Assembly: GCA_918244965.1 (NCBI GenBank)
Contig: CAKJYC010000016.1
Location: 8,526-72,525, forward strand
Reading direction: 5' to 3'
Length of the DNA stretch: 64,000 bases
From: Clostridiales bacterium
GTDB lineage: Bacteria; Bacillota; Clostridia; Christensenellales; CAG-138
Positions within the stretch are counted from its first letter, which is position 1, and each line of letters opens with the position of its first letter. The translations under genes were made by a program, and so were the position numbers. This document shows positions 17,208-27,873 of the stretch, one piece after another. The notes under the pieces are model-generated. The model was not told where the DNA came from and searched no databases. It saw nothing but the letters and a program-made list of their open reading frames with translations.

Positions 17208-18310
17208 TTCTTGATTACCTCCACAGCTTCCTGTTGCATTTTCTTAAAGACCGTCGCGTTCAGGATCAGGGTAACCGCAAGCGAAATGACATTGCTGAAG
17301 ATCCAGTAGAACGCAAAGGTCGAGTCGTACTGATAGCAGAAGAAGATCGACATCGCAGGCATCAGGAACATCATAACCTTGCCCATGCTCTTGGACTGCG
17401 CCGCGGGATTGTTTTTGTCGTCCGTGCCCTTCTTCGTCAGCTTTTCCTGACTGCGCTGGGTGATCCATGAAGTCAGGAACGTCGTTGCGCCTGCGAGGAT
17501 CGGCAGGATCGCGTAGCCGTTTGACATGTTTTCGAACGCGCCGCCGATCAGCTCCGTGTTGGATGCGATCGGCTGGATGAACACCTCATACGCCGTCTTG
17601 AACGCAGCGCCGCCGTCGTTGGCGATCACATACTGCACCGTGCCGTCCTCGGCGAACGTCTTGGTAAAGAAGTGCAGCTCATACAGGACTCTGTTCAGCG
17701 CTTCCGTGTTGTTGTTGTAGAAGATGAAGTCCTTGACATCCGATCCGGCTGCAAACGTGGTCCAGAAGGACTGTGCGTTCATCAGCGTGCCGCCGCGCGC
17801 AAGGTTGTCCGGACGCCAGATGTTGGTGATCCAGAGGAAGCGCGAGCGCGCAAAGGTCTCGATCGCGTCCGCGTTGAACGCAAGCTGATTGACCGCCGGG
17901 TTGTAGTCGGATTTCAGGATCAGCGCAAGCGCCTGCTGATTCGACCATGCGCGGAACGCCGCAAAGAACATGAACAGCAGCGGCATCATGATGAGCATCG
18001 GCAGACAGCCGCCGAGCGTGCTGACGCCCTTCTCCTTCATGAGCTTTCTCTGCTCCATATTGAGCTTCTGCGGATCGTTGCCGTATTTCTTCTTGAGCCG
18101 CTCAATGTCCGGCTGGATCGCCTGCATCTGGATCGAAGACTTACGGGATTTGATGTCGGAAAAGATCGTCAGCAGCTTGATGCTGAGCGTGAAGAGGAAG
18201 ATCGTCAGAACGACGACCCATCCGCCTTCGGAAAACAGACTGCACATCTGCCGATAGACCCAGTCCATCGCCATAAACAGCCATTTAACAAGGAAAAAGG
18301 ATGAATTCAT
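17204..18310 (-). CDS. yidC: Membrane protein insertase YidC/SpoIIIJ
   Basis: Start set at MNSSFFLVKWLF (ATGA overlap with the yidD stop at 18307). Conserved YidC core (GGCLPMLIMMPLLFMFF). The 56-codon upstream extension in the ORF track overlaps yidD and is rejected. Confidence 0.85.
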   Translation of the reverse strand: MNSSFFLVKWLFMAMDWVYRQMCSLFSEGGWVVVLTIFLFTLSIKLLTIFSDIKSRKSSIQMQAIQPDIERLKKKYGNDPQKLNMEQRKLMKEKGVSTLGGCLPMLIMMPLLFMFFAAFRAWSNQQALALILKSDYNPAVNQLAFNADAIETFARSRFLWITNIWRPDNLARGGTLMNAQSFWTTFAAGSDVKDFIFYNNNTEALNRVLYELHFFTKTFAEDGTVQYVIANDGGAAFKTAYEVFIQPIASNTELIGGAFENMSNGYAILPILAGATTFLTSWITQRSQEKLTKKGTDDKNNPAAQSKSMGKVMMFLMPAMSIFFCYQYDSTFAFYWIFSNVISLAVTLILNATVFKKMQQEAVEVIKK

Positions 18311-18546
18311 GAAATGCTCTCCTTCCGTTTTTTCGGTTCCGGAACGGGGTCGTATCCGCCCTTTGCGAACGGGTTGCAGCGAAGGACCCGCCAGATCGCA
18401 AGCCCCGTGCCCTTCAGCGCGCCGTGCTTTTGGATCGCCTCCATCGCATACTCCGAACAGGTCGGCGTATAGATGCACGCGTCGGGCAGATGCGGCGAAA
18501 TATGTCGTTTATAGAAGCGCAGAACTGCCAGCAGTACCCGTTTCAC
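18307..18546 (-). CDS. yidD: Membrane protein insertion efficiency factor YidD
   Basis: Signature FYKRHISPHLPDACIYTPTCSEYAMEAIQKHG. Likely GTG start at 18546 (GGAGGG 7 nt upstream) forming a GTGA overlap with the rnpA stop. Confidence 0.85.
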   Translation of the reverse strand: MKRVLLAVLRFYKRHISPHLPDACIYTPTCSEYAMEAIQKHGALKGTGLAIWRVLRCNPFAKGGYDPVPEPKKRKESIS

Positions 18547-18887
18547 GGCTCGTCCCTCCAAAGTCCCGCGCGCTGCAAAAGCGTTTCCATCTGCCGGCCG
18601 AGCTCCGGGAACGGCGCATCGAGCACCTCCGGCTTTGCAACGAAGATCACGTTGCAGCCGCCCGCAACACGGTCGATCAGCGGTGACAGCGCGGCCCGCA
18701 TCCGACGCTTTGCCCGGTTTCTCTGTACGGCATTGCCGACCCGCTTCGACACCGAAAAGCCGACGCGGACCGTCTCACTGCGGCTTTTCGCATATACCAG
18801 CGTAAACAGCGGCATGCTGTGCGAGCGTCCGCGCGCGTAGGTATAGCGAAACTCCTTATGCCGTTTCAGAGAATAGGACCGATCCAC
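18543..18887 (-). CDS. rnpA: Ribonuclease P protein component
   Basis: 114-aa basic protein. LKRHKEFRYTYARGRS...FTLVYAKS...VRVGFSVSKRVGNAVQRNRAKRRMR is the RnpA signature. GTG start. Confidence 0.88.
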   Translation of the reverse strand: MDRSYSLKRHKEFRYTYARGRSHSMPLFTLVYAKSRSETVRVGFSVSKRVGNAVQRNRAKRRMRAALSPLIDRVAGGCNVIFVAKPEVLDAPFPELGRQMETLLQRAGLWRDEP

Positions 18888-18987
18888 CGAATACGCGTTC
18901 CCCTATAAAGCAACATACGGCAAGCGAAATGCCTGCCGCAAGCGCTCTGTCTCTGCATTTTGGACAAATAAAACCCTGCCGATGCGA

Positions 18988-19122
18988 TTACGCGCTCAGC
19001 TTCTTGCGGCCCTTTGCGCGTCTGCGCTTCAGAACGTTACGACCGTCCGCAGTCGCCATACGCTTGCGGAACCCGTGCACCTTGCTGCGCTGTCTCTTTT
19101 TGGGCTGATAGGTACGTACCAT
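18988..19122 (-). CDS. rpmH: 50S ribosomal protein L34
   Basis: Not in the ORF track because it is under 60 aa. Manual translation gives [44 protein letters not shown] (44 aa), a canonical L34. AGAGGTG RBS upstream. Confidence 0.95.
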   Translation of the reverse strand: MVRTYQPKKRQRSKVHGFRKRMATADGRNVLKRRRAKGRKKLSA

Positions 19123-19182
19123 ATCCTACACCTCTTTCTTCCGAATATAGTGATGGCGCATAACGCCAAATTAACCTTTCCC

Positions 19183-19211
19183 ATTATAGGGGATGGCCCC
19201 GGAATTGTCAA
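19183..19211 (-). promoter_or_regulatory. Consensus sigma-70 promoter of the rpmH operon
   Basis: Minus strand reads TTGACA (19211-19206), 17-nt spacer, TATAAT (19188-19183), a perfect consensus. Confidence 0.7.
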
Positions 19212-19214
19212 GGA

Positions 19215-19940
19215 CTATTTTTCAATGATGAAATGGAACGGGTTTTCGATGCGCTCCTTCTGCCAGAAGGTGATCGCACGACGGTAGAGCGCGCGGGCGT
19301 GGATGCGGTCGTGCCAGAGGATGCGGCGAAGGAGCTTCTTGCGTGTCCACAGCTCGCCGTCCGTGTCGGTGTAAACGCGCGGCGAAAGGAAGTCCGGCGT
19401 CGACTCGAGCGCACGGAAGAAGCGTTTTCGGTTTTCGAGGAGCCCGCCCTCGTTCCCGAACGGAACGCCGACTGCGTGCGCGTAGTATTCGAGCGTGTTG
19501 TTCGTATGCTCGGCCATCTCGCGTGCGGAGCACGGGATCCTGCCGTAGAACGTGCGGCGGGATTTCCGCAGTGAGCGGTCCTTCTGCGGGATCGAGGCGA
19601 GCAGCTTTTCAAAGTCCTGCGCCGAGCGGATGCAAAGCTGCTTTTTCTGCGTATACTCGGTCATGTCCATCGGCAGGCGCTCGGACGGAAACAGCACGTC
19701 GCTGTCCGCGTCGTCCACGCGCAGCAGCGTCTGATGGGCGTGTGTTACAACAAAATCGGACTCTGCCAGGTTCGGCAGCGCCGCACCGTGCGCCCAGCGT
19801 GCGTATTCGGACAGCGCCTTCGGAAACTTCTCCAGCGCCTTCGACACCGTTTCCCCGCGGGAAAACGCACCGGGGTACGCGTCCGCCCAAAGTATTGCGC
19901 CCGCGTCGTTGTATTCGGCTATGACCTCGATATGCGCCAT
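19215..19940 (-). CDS. Hypothetical protein: HicB-like N-terminal domain fused to a DinB-like helical domain
   Basis: Start at MAHIEV (GGAAGGAAG RBS). The N-terminus YPGAFSRGETVSKALEKFPKAL resembles the HicB/UPF0150 pattern. The C-terminal His-containing helices (HTNNTLEYYAH, WHDRIH) resemble the DinB superfamily. This is a weak motif-level call. Confidence 0.35.
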   Translation of the reverse strand: MAHIEVIAEYNDAGAILWADAYPGAFSRGETVSKALEKFPKALSEYARWAHGAALPNLAESDFVVTHAHQTLLRVDDADSDVLFPSERLPMDMTEYTQKKQLCIRSAQDFEKLLASIPQKDRSLRKSRRTFYGRIPCSAREMAEHTNNTLEYYAHAVGVPFGNEGGLLENRKRFFRALESTPDFLSPRVYTDTDGELWTRKKLLRRILWHDRIHARALYRRAITFWQKERIENPFHFIIEK

Positions 19941-19941
19941 T

Positions 19942-21225
19942 TTATCTTCCTTCCTGTTTGCGAATGCGGGTGATGATCTCGTTCGCCTTTGCGTAGACCG
20001 CCTCCGGATCAGCGTCGATCGCATAGGTTCCGCGCTCGTAGAGGATCCTGCCCGCGATCATCGTCAGCGCGACGTTCGTCTTGCTGCCGCTGTAGACGAT
20101 GTTCTTTGCGATGTGGTTGATCGGCTGCATGTTGGGCGTCTTGAGGTCGATCATGATCAGGTCCGCCTGCTTGCCGACCGCAAGGCAGTCGCAGTCGTCG
20201 AGGCCCATCATCTTCGCGCCGACCGAGCACGCCGAATGCAGCACCTTGACCGGATCCGCCGCCGACGCGCCGACGGTCAGCTTCTGCAGTCCGGTCACGA
20301 GGAACATTTCGCGGAAGAAGTCGAGGCAGTTGTTGCTGGCTGCGCCGTCCGTACCGATCGCGACCGGAATGCCCGCCCGGTAATATTCCTCGATCGGGGC
20401 GACGCCGCTCGACAGCTTGACATTGCTGCCGGGGTTTGTACAGACGTAGACGCCGCGGCGCTTCATGATCTCAAAATCGCCGACTCTGGGATGGACCATA
20501 TGGAATCCGCCGCCGCCGTAGTTGAACATACCGAGCGAATCGAGATACGCAACCGGCGACATGCCGGTGCGCCGGAAGCAGTCCTCCACCTCCGCCGCCG
20601 TCTCCGAAAGGTGTGTGAACACCGGTGCCTTGTATTCCTCCGCGAGCGCCGCAACGTCACGAAGCAGCGATTCGTTCGTCGTATACTCGGCATGGAAGCC
20701 GAGCCGGTACGACACGAGCGGATCATAGCGGTTCATCGTTTCGTAATCGTGCCGCAGCGATTCCCCCGTTCCGCCGAAGTCATTGACCGCGCCGCATAGC
20801 ACAAACCGGAAGCCGGTATCGTGCGCGCACTGCGCGATGCGGTCCACATGGTAGTACATGTCGAACGCCGCCGTGATGCCGCCGGACACATATTCGAGCA
20901 CGGCGAGCTTTGTCAGATCGTAGATGTCGTCGCCGCAGAGGTGCGCCTCCATCGGGAAAACGTCCTCATGCAGCCAGTTGTGCAGCGGTTTGTCGTCCGC
21001 GAACGAGCGAAGGAAGGTCATGGCGGAATGCGAATGCGCATTCTTGAAGCCCGGCAGCAGCACATTGCCCTCACAGTCGATCTCGCGATCGAACGTCGGG
21101 CGCGGCTCCGTCGGATCGCCGAGCAGCGTGATGACGCCGTTCTCGACCCAAAGCTCCCCGTGTATCACCGTATCGTCCGCCGTTTGCATCGGCAGGATGC
21201 GCGCGTTGTAAAACCGAATCTTCAT
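19942..21225 (-). CDS. mtaD: Amidohydrolase, 5-methylthioadenosine/S-adenosylhomocysteine deaminase-like
   Basis: 427 aa with metal-binding LPGFKNAHSHSAM, plus HLSET and GTDGAASNN motifs of the MtaD/chlorohydrolase subgroup. Confidence 0.75.
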   Translation of the reverse strand: MKIRFYNARILPMQTADDTVIHGELWVENGVITLLGDPTEPRPTFDREIDCEGNVLLPGFKNAHSHSAMTFLRSFADDKPLHNWLHEDVFPMEAHLCGDDIYDLTKLAVLEYVSGGITAAFDMYYHVDRIAQCAHDTGFRFVLCGAVNDFGGTGESLRHDYETMNRYDPLVSYRLGFHAEYTTNESLLRDVAALAEEYKAPVFTHLSETAAEVEDCFRRTGMSPVAYLDSLGMFNYGGGGFHMVHPRVGDFEIMKRRGVYVCTNPGSNVKLSSGVAPIEEYYRAGIPVAIGTDGAASNNCLDFFREMFLVTGLQKLTVGASAADPVKVLHSACSVGAKMMGLDDCDCLAVGKQADLIMIDLKTPNMQPINHIAKNIVYSGSKTNVALTMIAGRILYERGTYAIDADPEAVYAKANEIITRIRKQEGR

Positions 21226-21401
21226 GCCGTTTCCCTCTCCCTTTGTTGTTATCTTTTAGTATACCATAGCTTTCGTACAGAGAGCATGAACATTCTATAA
21301 ACAGTAATGACCAAAGGCTCATTCATTTCTTCACCCGGATGAATTGTGCGCCCGCGGCGCGCGAATCGCATTATATATTATCGGAAAGAGGTCCCGCCGG
21401 T

Positions 21402-21430
21402 TTGACACCGATCGGCGCAAATGATATGAT
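21402..21430 (+). promoter_or_regulatory. Sigma-70-type promoter of the hut operon
   Basis: TTGACA (21402-21407), 17-nt spacer, TATGAT (21425-21430). The leader contains the hairpin CGGTCGgaaaCGACCG. Confidence 0.6.
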
Positions 21431-21483
21431 AAGCAGGTACGGTCGGAAACGACCGATCCCACTTGTTTTTGGAAGGAACGGGC

Positions 21484-23034
21484 ATGAATCATCTTACGGA
21501 AAACATTCATCATGTCGTACTGGACGGCGAACAGCTTTGCATCGAGCAGGTCGTTGCGGTCGCGCGCTTTCACGCGACGGTTTCGCTCTCGCCCGACACC
21601 TTTGCGCGCATCGACGCGTCGCGCGCGCTGGTCGACAAAATCGTTGCGGAGGGGCGCACGGTCTACGGCATCTCCACCGGCTTCGGCGAGTTCAGCAAAA
21701 TCACGATCTCAAGCGACAAGAGCGCACAGCTTCAGGAGAATCTGATCCTCTCCCACTGCGTCGCCGTCGGCGAACCGCTGAACGAGGAGACCGTCCGCGC
21801 CATGATGCTGCTGCGGGCCAACGCGCTTTCAAAGGGCAATTCCGGCATTCGCCGCGAGCTCATTGAGACGTTGATCGGCATGCTGAACGCAGGCGTGCAT
21901 CCGGTCATCCCGGAGCAGGGATCTCTCGGCGCGTCCGGCGATCTCGCACCGCTTGCGCATATGGCGCTGGTGCTTTTGGGCCGCGGTGAAGCGTTTTATA
22001 AAGGCGAACGCATGTCCGGCGCCGAGGCGATGAAACAGGCGGGACTTCCGACCTTCCACCTGCTTGCGAAGGAGGGCCTGGCGCTAATCAACGGCACGCA
22101 GTGCATGACGGCGATCGGCACGCTGGCATGGTACGATCTGCACCGCGCGGCCGAGCTTGCGGACATCACCGCGTCGCTCTCGCTGCAGGCGCTGACCGGG
22201 CTGCTGTCGGCGTTCGATCCGCGCATTCATGCGGTGCGTCCGCATGCGGGTCAGAGCCTCGTCGCAAAGAACATTCGGCTGCTCTCGGAAAACAGCCCGT
22301 CGATGGAGCGCAACCGGAGCTTACGCGTACAGGACGCATATGCGCTGCGCTGCATTCCGCAGGTGCACGGCGCGGTGCGCGACGCGCTTGCGCATGTCCG
22401 CCGCGTGCTGGAGACCGAGCTGAACTCCGTGACCGACAACCCGATCCTGTTCCTCGACGATGAAAGCGTCATTTCCGGCGGCAACTTCCACGGCGAGCCG
22501 ATCGCGCTCGTGATGGATTATCTGTCCTGCGCAGCCGCGGAGCTTTCCAACATCTCCGAGCGGCGCACCGAGCGCATGGTAAACCCGACGCTTTCTAACG
22601 GCCTGCCCGCGTTTTTAGCTCCCGACGGCGGCATCAATTCGGGCTACATGATCTGCCAGTATTCCGCAGCTTCGCTCGTGAGCGAGAACAAGGTCTTTGC
22701 GCATCCGGCAAGCGTCGACTCGATCCCCTCCTCCGCGAATCAGGAGGATCACGTTTCGATGGGTACGACCGCCGCACGCAACTGCCGCCGCATCGTGAAC
22801 AACCTTTTCTCCGTGCTCGCGTTCGAGCTGATGGCGGCGGTGCAGGGCATCGACCTGCGCAAAAATGTCGAACTGTCTCCCGCACAGCAGGGCGTCTACG
22901 ACCGCGTCCGCGCCGTCGTGCCGTTCTATGCGAAGGACGACGAGATCCACCCGATGATTGAGGCGATGAACAAGCTCATTCGCACCGGCGCGCTGGAAAA
23001 CAGCGTGAAAACGGCGCTTCCCGATTTTGACTGA
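21484..23034 (+). CDS. hutH: Histidine ammonia-lyase
   Basis: MIO-forming motif GSLGASGDLAPLAHMA. ATG at 21484 after a GGAAGGA RBS (the track start at 21463 is a TTG extension). Confidence 0.93.
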   Translation: MNHLTENIHHVVLDGEQLCIEQVVAVARFHATVSLSPDTFARIDASRALVDKIVAEGRTVYGISTGFGEFSKITISSDKSAQLQENLILSHCVAVGEPLNEETVRAMMLLRANALSKGNSGIRRELIETLIGMLNAGVHPVIPEQGSLGASGDLAPLAHMALVLLGRGEAFYKGERMSGAEAMKQAGLPTFHLLAKEGLALINGTQCMTAIGTLAWYDLHRAAELADITASLSLQALTGLLSAFDPRIHAVRPHAGQSLVAKNIRLLSENSPSMERNRSLRVQDAYALRCIPQVHGAVRDALAHVRRVLETELNSVTDNPILFLDDESVISGGNFHGEPIALVMDYLSCAAAELSNISERRTERMVNPTLSNGLPAFLAPDGGINSGYMICQYSAASLVSENKVFAHPASVDSIPSSANQEDHVSMGTTAARNCRRIVNNLFSVLAFELMAAVQGIDLRKNVELSPAQQGVYDRVRAVVPFYAKDDEIHPMIEAMNKLIRTGALENSVKTALPDFD

Positions 23035-23055
23035 TATTTCTTTAAGGAGGATTCT

Positions 23056-25056
<2,001 letters not shown>

Positions 25057-25069
25057 AGGAGACAATACT

Positions 25070-25966
25070 ATGGCAAAAATCATGGAATGTATTCCGAACA
25101 TCAGCGAAGGCCGCAGACTCGATCTCGTCGAGGAATTTGCGGACATCGTGCGCGCCGTTCCGGGCGTCACGCTCATCGACTACTCCTCCGACGCGAGCCA
25201 CAACCGCTCCGTGTTCACCTTCCTCGGCGATCCCGATCAGGTCGTGGAGGCAGCGTTCCGCTTTGCGCAGCACGCGGTCGAAAAGATCGACCTTCGCGTG
25301 CATGAAGGCGAACATCCGCGCATGGGCGCAGTCGACGTCATTCCGTTCGTGCCGATCCGCGATATGGATATGGCGGAGTGCGTGGAGCTCTCGAAAAAAC
25401 TCGGCGAACGGCTCGCAAATGAGCTGGATCTGCCGGTGTTCCTGTATGAGGAAAGCGCGTCCGCACCGCACCGCAAGAACCTCGCCGCGATCCGCAAGGG
25501 TCAGTTTGAGGGCATGGCGGCAAAAGTTTTAGAGGATCAGTGGCATCCCGATTTCGGCGGCAACCGCATTCACCCGTCCGCGGGCGTCGTGGCCGTCGGC
25601 GCGCGTCAGCCTTTGATCGCGTTCAACATCAACCTCGACACCTCCGACGTCGGAATCGCCAAGAAGATCGCAAAGATCATCCGTGAGAAGGACGGTGGCT
25701 TCCGCGCAGTCAAGGCGCTCGGCGTCATACTGGAGGAGCGCAACATCGCACAGGTCTCGATCAACATGTGCGACTATAAGCAGACGCCGCTGTACCGCGT
25801 GTTGGAGTTCGTCCGCTTCGAGGCGGCGCGCTATGGCGTGCACGTCGTCGGCACCGAGATCATCGGGCTTGCGCCGATGATGGCGTTCGTCGACGCGGCG
25901 GACTACTATCTGCAGATCGAGAAATTCGACGCGGCAAAACAGGTATTGGAGTGCCATCTGCTGTGA
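25070..25966 (+). CDS. Glutamate formimidoyltransferase
   Basis: 298 aa. The N-terminus MECIPNISEGRR and overall length match the FtcD N-terminal (formiminotransferase) domain. Confidence 0.88.
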   Translation: MAKIMECIPNISEGRRLDLVEEFADIVRAVPGVTLIDYSSDASHNRSVFTFLGDPDQVVEAAFRFAQHAVEKIDLRVHEGEHPRMGAVDVIPFVPIRDMDMAECVELSKKLGERLANELDLPVFLYEESASAPHRKNLAAIRKGQFEGMAAKVLEDQWHPDFGGNRIHPSAGVVAVGARQPLIAFNINLDTSDVGIAKKIAKIIREKDGGFRAVKALGVILEERNIAQVSINMCDYKQTPLYRVLEFVRFEAARYGVHVVGTEIIGLAPMMAFVDAADYYLQIEKFDAAKQVLECHLL

Positions 25967-27198
25967 AACGGGTCTTTTACAACATCGGAGAGCTTGCTAC
26001 GGCGACCGGATCGGTCGCCGTATCCGGCAAGGCGCAAGGCGCGCTCCTCATTCTGCACGACGCATGGATCCTCTGCGAGGACGGCCGCATCGAGGCCGTA
26101 AGCACCGGCGCGGCGCCTTCGGCTGACGAAGCGATCGACTGCCGCTCTCAGCTTGTCACACCGGGCCTTGTCGACTGCCACACGCATCTGGTGTTCGGCG
26201 GCTGGCGCGAGCACGAGCTTGCGATGAAGCTCGCGGGCAGGACGTACCTTGAGATCCTTGCGACGGGCGGCGGCATCCTGTCCACCGTGCGCGAAACGCG
26301 AAAGGCGAGCGAGGACGCGCTGTACGAAAAGACGCGCGGCCTGCTTCTCGAAGCGCTTCGGCACGGCACGACCGCGCTGGAGATCAAGAGCGGCTACGGC
26401 CTCGATCTCGAAACCGAGCAAAAGCAGCTGCGCGTGATCCGGCGTCTTCGGGAGGAATTTCGCGACGTCGCGGCGACATTCCTCGGCGCGCACGCGTTTC
26501 CGGAGGGCATGGAGCATGAGGCGTACGTCGAACGGCTGTGCAGCGAGATCATCCCCCGCATTGCCGAGGACGGGCTTGCTGACTTTTGCGACGTGTTCTG
26601 CGACGACGGCGTGTTTACCGCCGAACAGTCCGAGCGCATTCTGAACGCGGGCAAACGGTACGGGCTGATCCCGAAGCTGCACGCCGACGAGATCAAAGAG
26701 ATCGGCGGCACGCAGGCGGCGGCGCGCGTCGGCGCGATCTCCTGCGATCATCTGTCCGAAACCGGGCCGGACGGCATCCGGGCGCTCAAGGACGGCGGCG
26801 TGATCGCGGTCATGCTGCCCGCGACCTCGTTCTACCTCAGAAAGCCGTACGGCGATTTCCGCGGCATGATCGACGCAGGCGTGCCCGTGGCCGTCGCGAC
26901 CGACATGAACCCCGGCTCGACGCCGAACCTGTCGCTGCCGTTTGCCATGACCGCGGGCTGTCTGTACGGGCGGCTGACGCCCGAAGAGATCCTGACAGCC
27001 GCGACCCTGAACGGCGCGGCGGCGATCGGCATGGCGGACCGTCTCGGCTCGCTCGAAGCCGGCAAGCAGGCGGACCTCGTCGTGTGGGACGCCGACAACC
27101 TCGACCGGCTGATCTATCGCTACGGAACAAACCGCGCGTCTGCCGTGTATAAAAACGGCGTGCGCATGAACGGAAAGGAGACACTATGGAACGTTTAA
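25951..27198 (+). CDS. hutI: Imidazolonepropionase
   Basis: 415-aa amidohydrolase with GLVDCHTHLVFGGWRE and the HADE motif typical of HutI. Confidence 0.9.
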   Translation: MPSAVKRVFYNIGELATATGSVAVSGKAQGALLILHDAWILCEDGRIEAVSTGAAPSADEAIDCRSQLVTPGLVDCHTHLVFGGWREHELAMKLAGRTYLEILATGGGILSTVRETRKASEDALYEKTRGLLLEALRHGTTALEIKSGYGLDLETEQKQLRVIRRLREEFRDVAATFLGAHAFPEGMEHEAYVERLCSEIIPRIAEDGLADFCDVFCDDGVFTAEQSERILNAGKRYGLIPKLHADEIKEIGGTQAAARVGAISCDHLSETGPDGIRALKDGGVIAVMLPATSFYLRKPYGDFRGMIDAGVPVAVATDMNPGSTPNLSLPFAMTAGCLYGRLTPEEILTAATLNGAAAIGMADRLGSLEAGKQADLVVWDADNLDRLIYRYGTNRASAVYKNGVRMNGKETLWNV

Positions 27199-27842
27199 CC
27201 GATTTGACCGTTACATCCTTTATGGATACGCTTGCAAGCGACGCGCCCGCCCCCGGCGGCGGATCCGTCGCGGCGCTGTTCGGCGCATGCGGCACGGCGC
27301 TTGCCGTGATGACCGCAAACCTCACCGTCGGCAAGAAGAAATACGCCGAGCTTTGGGACAACGCCGAAGCCGCGCGGACCGAGGGCATGCCGATCGTTGC
27401 GGACTTTCTGAAGGCCGTCGATGACGACACGCAGGCGTTCAACCGTCTGATGGACGCGATGCACCTGCCCAAGGACACCGATGAGCAGAAGGCCATCCGC
27501 CGCGCGGCCATGGAGGCGGCCACCAAGGACGCCGCCGATATGCCGTTCCACACGCTGACCCTGTGCGAACGTGCGCTTTGCGTGCTCGAACAGCTCGAAG
27601 GCAAGGTCAACCCGAACTGCGCAAGCGATTTCGGCGTGGCTGCGGCTGCGCTTGTGACCGCCGCGCGCGGTGCATGGCTCAACGTGTGCATCAATCTGCA
27701 GTCGATCTCGGACGAAGCCTTCGTCGCAGATCTCTTTGCGCGTGCAAAGACAAAGCTCGACGCCGTTTCGGCGCGTGCGGAGGCCGTTTACGGCCGGATC
27801 GACGCTGCATGCCGCCCTGTTTGCAACCAAATCGAGGGATAA
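27186..27842 (+). CDS. Formimidoyltetrahydrofolate cyclodeaminase
   Basis: 218 aa with the FMDTLASDAPAPGGGSVAAL motif of the cyclodeaminase/cyclohydrolase family (FtcD C-terminal domain type). Confidence 0.85.
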   Translation: MERLTDLTVTSFMDTLASDAPAPGGGSVAALFGACGTALAVMTANLTVGKKKYAELWDNAEAARTEGMPIVADFLKAVDDDTQAFNRLMDAMHLPKDTDEQKAIRRAAMEAATKDAADMPFHTLTLCERALCVLEQLEGKVNPNCASDFGVAAAALVTAARGAWLNVCINLQSISDEAFVADLFARAKTKLDAVSARAEAVYGRIDAACRPVCNQIEG

Positions 27843-27873
27843 ACGGTATTCTTTGCAAACAGAGAAAGGAGAC

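Noticed and set aside
18888-19214. oriC/DnaA-box cluster next to rpmH.
   Set aside because: I found no TTATCCACA/TGTGGATAA-like boxes by eye, there is no dnaA gene, and the spacers are short and explained by a promoter, a leader hairpin and a terminator.
27670-27873. The ORF-track start of the serpin at 27670, and similar N-terminal extensions (8024, 9027, 14133, 18478, 20024, 32281, 38283, 38390, 42780, 59900, 63511).
   Set aside because: The extensions overlap upstream genes, encode Arg/Ser-rich junk and lack an RBS. Internal ATG/GTG codons with good Shine-Dalgarno sequences give proteins that begin with the expected signal peptides or conserved N-termini.
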